NCBI GenBank assembly: GCA_053919585.1
Contig: CM132790.1
Reading direction: 5' to 3' (one strand)
From: Euprymna scolopes
Taxonomy: Eukaryota
DNA: 64,000 bases
Both the position numbers and the translations under genes were made by a program. The notes under the pieces are model-generated. The model was not told where the DNA came from. It did not search any database and saw only the letters and a program-made list of their open reading frames with translations. Of this stretch, positions 12,991-24,600 are shown one piece after another (within the stretch, counting starts at the first letter, position 1; every line of letters starts with the position of its first letter).

Positions 12991-15250
12991 ATGTGTTGGT
13001 AAATCATACGAATGCTGTTAGGAATGAATGGAACACTTTAGGGCTTCTGTTATTCCTTCTTGTTCCAGATTTTCAAAAACCCTTAAATATTCATCATGGA
13101 GTCGTTTTTTCTCCAAATCACAAACTACTCTATTTAAGACCTTAATGGCAACATGGTGGTTAGCTTGAACTCTTTTCAGTCTATTCTCATACCATGGAAA
13201 CGTGATCAAATAGTGTCCGTCTCTAAGAGAGATGTTATCCATAAACTCGTCCAACATAGAATCATCTTCGGAATAAAGGAAGTCCTAGTGACTCGAGGCT
13301 GAACATCCACTTCAAACCCCTGTCCACTTGGCTATCCTCAAAAACGTCTGAAAAAGGATCAACATAAGAAGGGCAGGGATTCATCAAACTATTGAAAGGA
13401 AACCTTCTAACAATTCAGTCATAGCTTTGGTTCTTGGAGAATTTAGTGAGAGGCTTCATTTGGTCATCGAACAGGAAATGTCTGGTATCCTCGAAGAGGA
13501 TTATACCAACTGGGGTTTCCCAAGCAGTTCTGTGCATGCGCTCCACTACCCTAATAGGATACATATGCTGCAAGAGATCCACCCTCATCAGGCTCCAAAG
13601 GTAAACAGATCCACTTGTAATATCAGTTGTCAGATCCAAGCCTAAGCGTCAGAGATTCTTCCAGATTAGAGGCAAAGCAAGAACCTAGCTAACTAAGATC
13701 TAGCTAACTGTCGATAAGAATTGGAACTTGAGGGACAGCACCCAGGAACAAATCAACCACGATCATTAAATATAAAACGGCGGTGCCTCTTTCTTACAAA
13801 AGAGACAATATCTACAGCCACATGTTCAAATGAGTCTTGGTCACAATGCATATGGTCTAAGGCTTTTTAGAAAAATATGACCTCTGACTACCGGAATCTA
13901 AAAGACAGGTCAGTGAAACCGACTAATTTCCCCTTCTAATGGTAGTTCTGATCATAGGCAATATGTTCTGGGCTGTTTCAGCATTAGTGCTCACGTTAAT
14001 GTTAATTCCAGACTTATCTGATTTTAGTTCCAGGCACAACACTGACAGATGTCCATGAGCATGGCAAAAATTGCCATTTGGACAAGCTCTGCTATGGTGA
14101 CTGGGATCTGAACAACTCTGACACAAACTCAGTTGTTTACATTGCTTGAGCCATTCCCTGTATGATGGATAGGCTTTACAGTTAACACTGGAATGCCCAT
14201 TCCTGGCACAAAAATTGCAGAAGTAGGGACTCTCCTCAAGATCAATATGAAATCCCTCTGTGGTCCCTCCTTGATCATTCCTATTCCATGAAGAATTTGT
14301 CCTAGGACGGAAACGAGAGATATTAGTCTCGTGCGCAGGCTCAGGTCTCGCTCAAAGGATGGCCTTTACACATCACTAGTATAATGAAGTATGAAATCCT
14401 GGCTAGGATAAGGCAAGTTTGATCCTCTAATCAGCTCAGCCCTGACTTCATATGGAATCTTTTCAAAGAAAATTTGAACCACCAAGGCACCACTGTCTGA
14501 ACCCTCCACTAGAAAATCATATCCATAATTGGAGTCTAGTTCCCCAAGCTCATAGTGCACCTGGGCCAGATATTCCTTCAAATATTCATAGTTTTTATCC
14601 ATCTTGGGCTGGCCTTGAATAATTTTCTCAAAACTCTCCTCTCGAATGGCATTCTTATCGCAGTATTCTGCCTTGAGAATATCAATAGCAATATTGTAAT
14701 TCCACTTGTTCTTAGAAAGAGTATAATTGAGGTGGAACGGTCATCCTGACACGTTTTTAAACATATTAGCCTTTCTTTATCGGTATTAAGTCCCGATGTG
14801 CAGAACTTGAATTTTTCTAAAAAAATCCCTCAAGGCAAACTTGTTGTCACGATCGAGGCCATCAAACGTAAGCTAAGAGATCTTGGGTTTTGCCAGCTCA
14901 TATCCCACCTGACTAGCTTTTGGCAAAGTTAGTTGAGGGGTAGCTGTTAAAAGAGTGGTAAATTCTGCTGAGGGAAGAGAGTTCCTTATGCCTCTTTGTG
15001 ATAAATATATGCCAGTCTGATAGGTGAAGATGTCATCAAACAGAGCACTCACTTCATCAAGACGAGCTACTCTGATTATATATCCTTATCTAATTGTTTC
15101 AACTCCTCCAACCATAAATCGATTCCCGACTATGTAGTTCTAGAACTTCTGCTTCAAGGGGTTTCAATGCCTCTAGTCTTTCCAGTGGATGATCACCTCG
15201 ATTGTCACTTAGAGATGCAAACTGGGAAGACTGTATTCCTGTAAAAGAAT
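12991..15250 (-). mobile_element. Bel/Pao LTR retrotransposon remnant: gag with zinc knuckles, protease, pre-RT region; RT/RNase H deleted
   Basis: Knuckles CNFCARNGHSSVNC, CQSCSDPSHHSRAC, CHAHGHLSVLC (14035-14225); protease LLDSGSQRSYF (~13872-13910); DGHYLITFPW...EQEGITE (13050-13257) joined almost directly to integrase FLTAFV*FTNT (12991-13025). 5' boundary approximate; LTRs not identified. Confidence 0.88.
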
Positions 15251-15764
15251 TTAATCTGGGTAGATATGAAAAAAAAATTTACTGCAAAGTGATCGAAATA
15301 ATATGAGGAATTCCCACAAAATAAAATGTAGAAGTAAATGACGTTGCAACAAGTTACCTTGTTGCAGTCTAGGTCTATCTCCAAGTTCTGGTAGACTGAT
15401 ATGCGTTAAACCTGTCAAAAGAGTTGAGCAACACCTAAGCCACTTTTAAAGAAAAAAGTGAGGAGGTATGTAATGAAATCCCGTAAAAACGTCATTCATG
15501 TCAACAAACTTAATATAAGGCATACTAAAGAAGGCCACTGTTTCCTCTTATCATTCCAGCTACCATGGTAGGCAGCTGGAATTTTCTACAATAATTGCAA
15601 AAATATTTCATGTGATTTTTAATAACAGTTTCCATGAAATTTAAATGTAATAATAGAATATTTCCCTTGTATGCATGACATGTAAATATCAGTGTAAGTG
15701 GCTTTGGTGTTGTGGGAGGTCATGTTTATGATATTTTTGACGTATGATCAAACAAAGTAATGCA

Positions 15765-16100
15765 GTGGGAGGGTTAGAGAAGAGTACAAAGTTGTAGCAC
15801 TCCTTCTGAAGCCAAGCCTGGGTCTCTTTGGACTTGTGAGCTAGCACCGAGTCCTGTTGCCACACTCAAGGTCTTTCAGTGGCCACCAGATTGCACCAAG
15901 GGATCATCACACTCTTCAGCACATCCTGGTACACTTTGGTGTTGATTTCAAAGACAACTTTGGTGTTGACTTTCAAGACAACTTCGAAGATGCGAGGTGG
16001 CATGATGTAGCTCTCATTTGAAACCACATCAAACGCCATAACATGGGCATAACCTTTGTTTTCATCACCCTGGGCATGTTATTTGTGGCCAACCAGTGAT
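15765..16100 (-). mobile_element. Tc1/mariner DD37D (maT-like) transposase fragment
   Basis: Minus translation WLATNNMPRVMKTK..VMAFDVVSNESYIMPPRIF...LKVNTKVYQDVLKSVMIPW...VWQQDSVLAHKSKETQAWL; contains a ~24-bp tandem duplication at ~15933-15981. Confidence 0.8.
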
Positions 16101-16603
16101 GCATTTTGATGGCAATGGTCCCGTTGTCATAACTTGGATTAGTAGAGAACATGAGTTGTACAGTAGGGCATCATTGATTTTGCTCATTGAACATTGTGTC
16201 ACTTTCAGGCATGATAGAAGGTTCCTATCGCTCTTGGGATTTGCACACAACTGACAAACTAGTAGAGAGTCTTCACCAAAAAACCCCTAAAAAACTGCTT
16301 TTCATCAAATGGAAATGAAGTCATGTCTTTTCTATGGCAACAATTTTATTGTTCCATCCTTTACTTCATAATCAGCATCTTTTCTAATTTTGCTATGTAA
16401 ATCAGATGAATGCTGTTTCATTGGCTTTAACATTGGATAACATTGCAATGATAAAATTAGTCTCCTATCGCTATTTGCTTTATCATAAACTTATTGTAAC
16501 AACATCAGTTAAATTAAAAATCTGGGCTCCCACTTTTAGTAACTGTAAATCCAATGAATAGTATGTATAGAATTAGATGTCAGCAAACATTGTATGTGCA
16601 TCA

Positions 16604-18028
16604 TGAGTTGCTGGAATCTGTGTTAAATAGAGAAGTAGTCAATCACCTCAGTAAAAATAACCTTCTTTGTGATATGCAATATGGTTTCCATTCTGCTAGA
16701 TCTACAGCAGATGTGCTAATGGTTATATCTCATATGATTAGTGACTTTATTGATGGTGGCTTCTTTTCTAGGGCAATTGCTCTTGACACATCAAAGGCCT
16801 TTGATAGGGTATGGCATAAAGGTTTACTTCATAAAATCTCCAACTATGGTATAGCTAGAAATGTCTTCTCAATTATTAAATCATTTCTCTCTGATAGAAT
16901 CATCAGAGTAGTAGTTGATGGGCAAAAATCAGAAGCTCACAGTATTAATGCTGGAGTCCCTCAGGGGTCCATCCTGAGACCAACTCTCTTCCTGATCTAC
17001 ATTAATGATCTTCCAAATCACATCCTAAGATCATTCATAGACATTTATGCTGACGGCACTACCATCTATGGCAACACATCAAAGGCCATAATGACCAAGT
17101 TCTCTCTGATTCTCTCTCCTTTAATCTTGATCATGTAGTACAATGGGGAAAGAGGTGGCTGGTTACTTTTAATGCATCTAAAACCAAGATTCTATTTTTA
17201 CATCATCAACGCTCTGATCCTCATCTGGCATCAATTGAAATGAGTGGCTCTCGTCTTGGGGAGGCTCCATGTTTTAACAAGCTCCTGGACTTGACCTTTA
17301 CTCCTGATCTGAAATGGAAAACTTACATCAAATCTATTGCCAAGGTTGCTGGAAAAATGGTGGGATCGTTCTATCACTCCAGTAGATATCTCACTGCTGA
17401 TGCAATTCTCTACCTGTATAAAAGCTAGGTACGTCAAAGAATGGAGTACTGTTGCCACATCTGGCCAGGAGCTGCTTGAAAGGACTTATCTTGCCTTGAC
17501 AGAGTACAAAATAGACTTCGTAGCCTAGTGGAGGATGCGCCTCTCTCTCCCCTGCAACCTCTTTCCCACAGAAGAGATGTTGTGAGCCTGTCTCTGCTTT
17601 ATTGTTATTTTTGTGGTAAGTGCTTGTCTGAGCTCCAATCTATGGTCCTTCCTTACCAAACTTTCATGAAAAACACTCATCTAGCTGAAACCACTAAAAC
17701 CACTATCAATTATTTCCCCACTCTTTATCTGTGCCTAAACCTAAACCTAAACGTAGATTCCATGAACAAAGCTTCTTTCTTAGAAGTGCACACCTGTGGA
17801 ACTCTCTTCCGTTTGCCTGCTTTCCAGTTGACTACAATTTGGTCATTTTGAAGTCCAATGTAAACCAATTCTTGTTGAATTGTCCCCTTACATATTCCAA
17901 TTTACCAAATTTCCACTAACGATTACTACAACATTTTCCCATTGACTACTGTACACTCATTAACTCTTATCCTCGAGTGACTTCTGGGACTTTTTGAATG
18001 GTGACTCCTTTGTAAAAAAAAAAAAAAA
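16604..18028 (+). mobile_element. 5'-truncated, decayed CR1/Zenon-like LINE (same family as 48288 and 62790 copies)
   Basis: QYGF, ALDTSKAFDRVWH, GVPQGSIL, YADG (mutated YADD), MEYCCHIW; frameshifts; 3' poly(A) 18014-18028; near-collinear with 63222-64000. Confidence 0.93.
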
Positions 18029-18660
18029 TCATGTCCATAGTCGTCAAAATGTAGAAAATGAAGTTGACAAAATCTCATTCTAGAAACAACTTTATTGGTT
18101 ATCTTTGTTAGTAAGAATAAGGAAACAGGTTAGTTGTGGAAAGTGTTCTTGTGCGGAGACATAGATTAAAGATTAGACACACCTGTTAAAAGAGATGTGT
18201 CAGTCCAAGATCTAGAAAAAGAGTGTGTTGCCAGTTTAACCGTTTATAAACACGATTACATGACTGAGAGCTGGTGTCTGATTGAACAAGCCAGGAAAGA
18301 AGTGTATTCAAAATCTCCAGCTGCTAGAATTCGCTGCTGCTTATGTTTGTTGCAATTGCATCTGCCACAAGTATTAGAGTCATAATATCATTCCTTGTGC
18401 TTGTAATATAGAAGAACTATCTTGAGATGGTATTTAAGAAAATCATTCTCAGTTATACTGCAGATTATTCAACAAATACTCGGGCAGAAGCAAAAGTAAT
18501 TACTGATTTCTGGTCCACACACCTCTTGGAATGTTTTGCCATCCTTTTAAATTATTAACTGCAACTGTCCATAGAGTATAGAGAAATTTTTTACTGAGAT
18601 TTAGCTCTTCGAGATCTATTGTGGGTAAAGTAAATAAACTTATGTTATTTTGACTCATGC

Positions 18661-21600
18661 TTTCTGTTTAGCAGAAGTCAGGCCATTTCTGTTTAGCGTA
18701 AGTGAGACCATTTCTGTTAAGTGAAAGTCAGGCCATTTCTGTTTAAGGGAAGTAAGGCAATTTCTGTTCAGTAGAAGTTAGACAATTTCTGTTTAGCGGA
18801 AGTTAGACAATTTCTGTTTAGTGGAAGTCAGGTCATTTCTGTTTAGTGGAAGTTAGACCATTTTTGTTTAGTGGAAGACAGGCCATTTCTGTTTAGTGGA
18901 AGTAAGGCCATTTCTGTTTAGTGGAAGTCAGGCAAATTTCAGTTTAGTGGAAGTACGACCATTTCTGTTTAGCAGAAGTAAGACCATTTCTGTTTAGCAG
19001 AAGTAAGACCATTACTGTTTAGCAGAAGTTAGATCATTTCTGTTTAGCAGAAGTTAGACAATTTCTGTTTAGCGGAAGTTAGACCATTTCTGTTTAGTGG
19101 AAGTCAAGCTTTTCTGTTTAGTGGAATTCAGATCATTTCTGTTTAGTGGAAGTTAGACCATTTCTGTTCAGTAGAAATTAGATTATTTCTGTTTAGCAGA
19201 AGTCAGGCCATTTCTGTTTAGCGTAAGTGAGACCATTTCTGTTAAGTGAAAGTCAGGCCATTTCTGTTTAAGGGAAGTAAGGCAATTTCTGTTCAGCAGA
19301 AGTTAGACTATTTCTGTTTAGCAGAAGTTAGACAATTTCTGTTTAGTGGAAGTCAGGTCATTTCTGTTTAGTGGAAGTTAGACCATTTCTGTTTAGTGGA
19401 AGTCAGGCCATTTCTGTTTAGTGGAAGTCAGGCCATTTCTGTTTAGTGGAAGTTAGGCCATTTCTGTTTAGTGGAAGTCAGGAAAATTTCAGTTTAGTGG
19501 AAGTACGACCATTTCTGTTTAGCAGAAGTAAGACCATTTCTGTTTAGCAGAAGTAAGACCATTACTGTTTAGCAGAAGTTAGATCATTTCTGTTTAGCAG
19601 AAGTTAGACAATTTCTGTTTAGCAGAAGTTAGACCATTTCTGTTTAGTGGAAGTCAAGCCATTTCTGTTTAGTGGAATTCAGATAATTTCTGTTTAGTGG
19701 AAGTTAGACCATTTCTGTTCAGTAGAAATTAGACCATTTCTGTTTAGTGGAAGTAAGGTCATTTTTGCATAGTGGAAGTTATACCATTTCTATTTAGTGG
19801 AAGTAAGACCATTTCTGTTTAGTGGAAGTCAGGCTATTTCTGTTTAGTGGAAGTCAGGCCATTTCTGTTTAGTGGAAGTTAGACCATTTCTGTTTAGCAG
19901 AAGTTAGACCATTTCTGTTTAGTGGAAGTCAGGTCATTTCTGTTTAGTGACAGTTAGATCATATCTGTTTAGCAGAAGTTAGACATAAGAAGTAAGTTAG
20001 AAGTAGAAAACATTTTTGCGTAATGGAAGTTATACCATTTCTATTTGGTGGAAGTTATACCATTTCTTTTTAGTGGAAGTCAGGCTATTTCTGCTTAGCG
20101 GAAGTTACACCATTTTTCTGTTTAGCCAAAGTTAGACAATTTCTGTTTAGTGGAAGTTAGACCATTTCTATTTAGTGGAAGTCAGGCCATTTCTATTTAG
20201 TGCAAGTAAGACTATTTCTGTTTAGAGGAAGTAAGACCATTTCTGTTTAGAGGAGGCTAGGCCATTTTTGTTTACTGGAAGCCAGGCCATGTTTGCTTAG
20301 TAAAAGTTAGACTATTTCTGTTTAGCGGCAGTGAGACCATTTCTGCTTAGTAGAAGTCAGGCCATTTCTATATAGTGGAAGTTAGACCATTTCTGTTTAG
20401 TGGAAGTTAGACCATTTCTGTTTAGTGGAAGTTAGACCATTTCTGTGTAGCGGAAGTAAGACAATTTCTTTTTAGCGGAAGTTAGGCCATTTCTATTAAG
20501 TCGAAGTTAGACCATTTCTGTTTAGCGGAAGTTATACCATTTCTGTTCAGTGGAAGTTAGACCATTTCTGTTTAGCGGAAGTTAGACCATTTCTGTTTAG
20601 CAGAAGTGAGACCATTTCTGTTTAGCCGAAGTGAGACCATTTCTGTTTAGCGGAAGTTGACCATTTCTGTTTAGCGGAAGTAAGACCATTTCTGTTTAGT
20701 GGAAGTAAGGCTATTTCTGTTTAGAGGAAGCTAGGCCATTTTTTTTAGTGAAAGTCAGGCCATTTCTGTTAATGGAAGTCAGGTTATTTCTGTTTAGCGG
20801 AAGTTAGACAAATTCTGTTTAGCACAAGTGAGGCCATTTCTTTTTAGTGAAAGTAAGGCCATTTTTGTTAAGTGGCAGTTAGACCATTACTGTTTAGTTG
20901 AAGTGAGGCCATTTCTGTGTAGTGGAAGTCAGGCCATGTCTATTTAGTGGAAGTTGGACCATTTCTGTTTAGCGGAATTAAGACCATTACTCTTTACTAG
21001 AAGTTAGACCAATTCTGTTTCGCAAAAGATAGACAATTCCTGTTAGGGAAGTTAGACGATTTCTGTTTAGTTGAAGTAAGGCCATCTTTGTTTAGTGGAA
21101 GTTAGAACATTTCTGTTTAGTGAAAGTAAGGCCATTTCTGTTTAGCGGAAGTTAGACCATGTCTGTTTAGCAGAAGTTAGACAACTTCTGTTTAGTGGAA
21201 TAAGACCATTCTATTTAGTGGAAGTCAGGCCGTTTCTGTTTAGTAGAAGTCAGGTAAGTTCTGTTTAGTGGAAGTAAGACCATTTCTGTTAAGTGGTAGC
21301 CAGGCCATGTTTGTTTAGTAGAAGTTATACCATTTCTGTTTGGCGGAAGTTAGACCATTTCTGTTTAGCGGAAGTAAGACGATTTCTGTTTAGCAGAAGT
21401 TAGGCCATTTCTATTAAGTGGAAGTTATACCATTTTTATTTAGCGTGAGTTATACCATTTCTGTTCAGTGGAAGTTAGACATTTTATGTTTAGTGGAAGT
21501 TCGACCATTTCTGTTTAGCGGAAGTTCGACCATTTCTGTTTAGCGGAAGTAAGACCATTTCTGTTTAGCGGAAGCTAGACCATTTCTTTTTTGTGGAAAC

Positions 21601-24600
21601 TAGACCATTTCTTTTTTGTGGAAGTTAGACCATTTCTGTTTAGTGGGCGTCAGCATTTCTGTTTAGTGAAAGTAAGGCTATTTCTGTTCAGTGAAAGTCA
21701 GGTTTCTGTTTGGATGATGTTAGGCCATTTCTATTTAGTGGAAGCCAGGCCATGTTTGTTTAGTAGAAGTAAGACAATCTCTGTTTAGCAGGAGACGGCC
21801 CATTTCTGTTTAGTGGAAGTCGGGTCATTTATGTTTAGAGGAAGTTAGACCATTTCTGTTTAGCAGAAGTTAGACCATCTCTGTTTAGCGGAAGTGAGAC
21901 TATTTAGTCGAAGTCCAGTTATTTCTGTTTAGTTGAACCAGCACATTTCTGTTGAGTTGATATCAGGCCATTTCTGTTTTGTGGAAGTTAGACCATTTCT
22001 GTTTAGCGGAAGCCAGACCATGTCTGTTTAGCAGAGACTTAGACCATTTCTGTTTAGTGTAAGTAAGGTCATTTTTGTTTAGCAGAAGTAAGACCATTTC
22101 TGTTTAGTGAAAGTAAGGCCATTTCTCTTTGGTGGACGCCAGGCCATTTTTGTTTATTGGAAGTTAGACCATTTCTATTAGAGTGGAAATCAGGTCATTT
22201 CTGTTTACTGGAAGTAAGGCCATTTCTCTTTGGTGGAAGCCAGGCCATTTTTGTTTATTGGAAGTTAGACCTTTTCTATTTAGTGGAAATCAGGTCATTT
22301 CTATTTACTGAAAGTTAGACCATTTCTGCTTAGTGGAAGCCAGGCCAGTTTTGTTCAGTGGAAGTTAGACCATTTCTGTTCAGTGCCAGTCAGGAAATTT
22401 CTGTTTAGTTTGTAAGTTAGACCATTTCTGTTTAATGGAAGTCAGGCAATTTCTGTTTAGTGGAAATTAGACCATTTCTGTGCAGTGTGAAGTTAGACCA
22501 TTTCTGTGCAGTGTGAAGTTAGACCATTTCTGTTTAGCGGAAGTTACACCATTTCTGCTTAGTGGAAGTAAGGCAATTACTGTTTAGTGGAAGTTACACC
22601 ACTTCGGTTCAGTGGAAGTCAGGACCATTTATGTTTAGTGGAACTTAGACCATTTCTGCTTAGTGGAAGTTAGACCATTTCTGTTTAGCGGAAGTTAGAA
22701 CATTCCTGTTTAGTGAAAGTTTAGCCATTTATGTGTAGCGGAAGTTAGACCATTTCCGTTTTGCTAGAGTGTAACTATTTCTGTTTAGCAGAAGTTAGAC
22801 CATTTCTCTTTAGTTGAAGTCACGCCATTTCTGTTGAATGGAGCCACACCATTTTTGTTTTGAGGAACAGGCCATTTCTGTTTTGTGGAAGTTAGACCAT
22901 TCCTGTTTAGTGGAAGTCAGGTCATTTCTGTATAGTTGAAATTAGATCGTCTGTGTAATGGAAGTTTGATCATGTCGGTTTAGCGGAAGTTACACCTTTC
23001 TGTTTCGCAGAAGGTAGACCATTTCTGTTTAGCGGAAGTGAGAGCATTTCTGTTTAGCGGAAGTTAGATCATTTCTGTTTAGGAGAAGTTAGACTATTTC
23101 TGTTTAGTGGAATGTAGACCATTGCTTTTTAGCAGAAGTTAGACCATTTCGGTTCAGGAGAAAGTTAGATCATTTCTGTTTAGTAGACGTTAGACAATTT
23201 CTGTTTAGTGGAATGTAGACCACTGCTTTTTAGCGGAAGTTAGGCAATTTCTGTTTAGTGGAAGTTTGACCATTTCTGTTTATCGGAAGTAAGACCATTT
23301 CTGTTTAGCGGAAGTCAGACCACTTCTGTATAGTGGAAGTTACACCATTTCTGTTTAGCGTAAGTCAGGTCACTTCTGTTTAGCGGTAGTGAGACACTTT
23401 CTGTTTAGTGGAAGTCAGGCCATTTCTCTTTGGTGGAAGCCAGGCCATTTTTGTTTATTGGAAGTTAGACCATTTCTATTTAGTCAAAGTCCGGTCATTT
23501 CTGTTGAATGGAAGTAAGGCAAATTCTGTTTAGTGGAACTCAGGCTATTTCTGTTTTGCGGAAGTTAGACAATTTCTGTTTAGCGGAAGCCAGACCATTT
23601 CTGTTTAGCAGAAGTTAGACCATTTCTGTCTAGTGTAAGTCAGGCCATTTCTGTTTAGTGGAAGCCAGGCCATGTTTGTTTACTAGAAGTTAGACCATTT
23701 CTTTTTAGTAGAAGTCAGGCCATCTCTGGTTAGCGGAAGCTAGACCATTTCAAATCGCATATTTCTGTTTAGTGGAGCCAGGCCATTTCTGTTGAGTGAA
23801 AGTCAGGACATTTCTGTTGAGTGGAACTCAGGCCATTTCTATTTTGTGGAAGTTAGACCATTTCTGTTTATCGGAAGCAAGACCGTTTCTGTTGAGTGTA
23901 AGTCAGGTGATTTCTGTTTAGCAGAAGTTAGACAATTTCTGTTTAGTGGAAGTCAGGTCATTTCTGTTTGGTGGAAGCCAGGCCATTTTTGTTTATTGGA
24001 AGTAAGACCATTTCTATTTAGTAGAAGTCAGGTCATTTCTGTTTACTGGAAGTTAGACCATTTCTGTTTAGCGGAAGTCAGACGATGTCTGTTTGTGTAA
24101 GTCAGGCCATTTCTGTTTAGCGGAATTTAGACCATTTCTGTTAAGTGGCTGTCAGGCCATTTCTGTTTAGTGGAAGCCAGGCCATTTCTGTTTAGTGGAA
24201 GCCAGGCCATTTTTGTTCAGTGGAAGTAAGCTAACTTCTGTTTAGTAGAAGTTAGACCATGTCTGTATAGCTGAAGTTAGACTATTTCTGTTTAGTGGAA
24301 GGTAGACCATTGCTGTTTAGCGGAAGTTAGACAATTGTTGTTTAGTGGAAGTTAGACCATTTCTGTTTAGTGTAAGTCAGGTCATTTCCGTTTATTTTAA
24401 GTTTGACCATTTCTATTTAGTGGAAGTCAGGCCATTTTTCTTTGGTGGAAGCCAGGCCATTTTTGTTTATTGGAAGTTTGACCATTTCTATTTCGTGGAA
24501 ATCAGGTCATGTCTGTTTACTGAATGTCAGGCCATTTTTCTTTGGTGGAAGCCAGGCCATTTTTGTTTATTGGGAGTTAGACCATTTCTATTTAGCAGAA

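Noticed and set aside
15250-15760. 5' LTR/PBS of the Pao element
   Set aside because: No TG...CA pair or second LTR visible in the window; the hairpin at 15553-15581 is not diagnostic.
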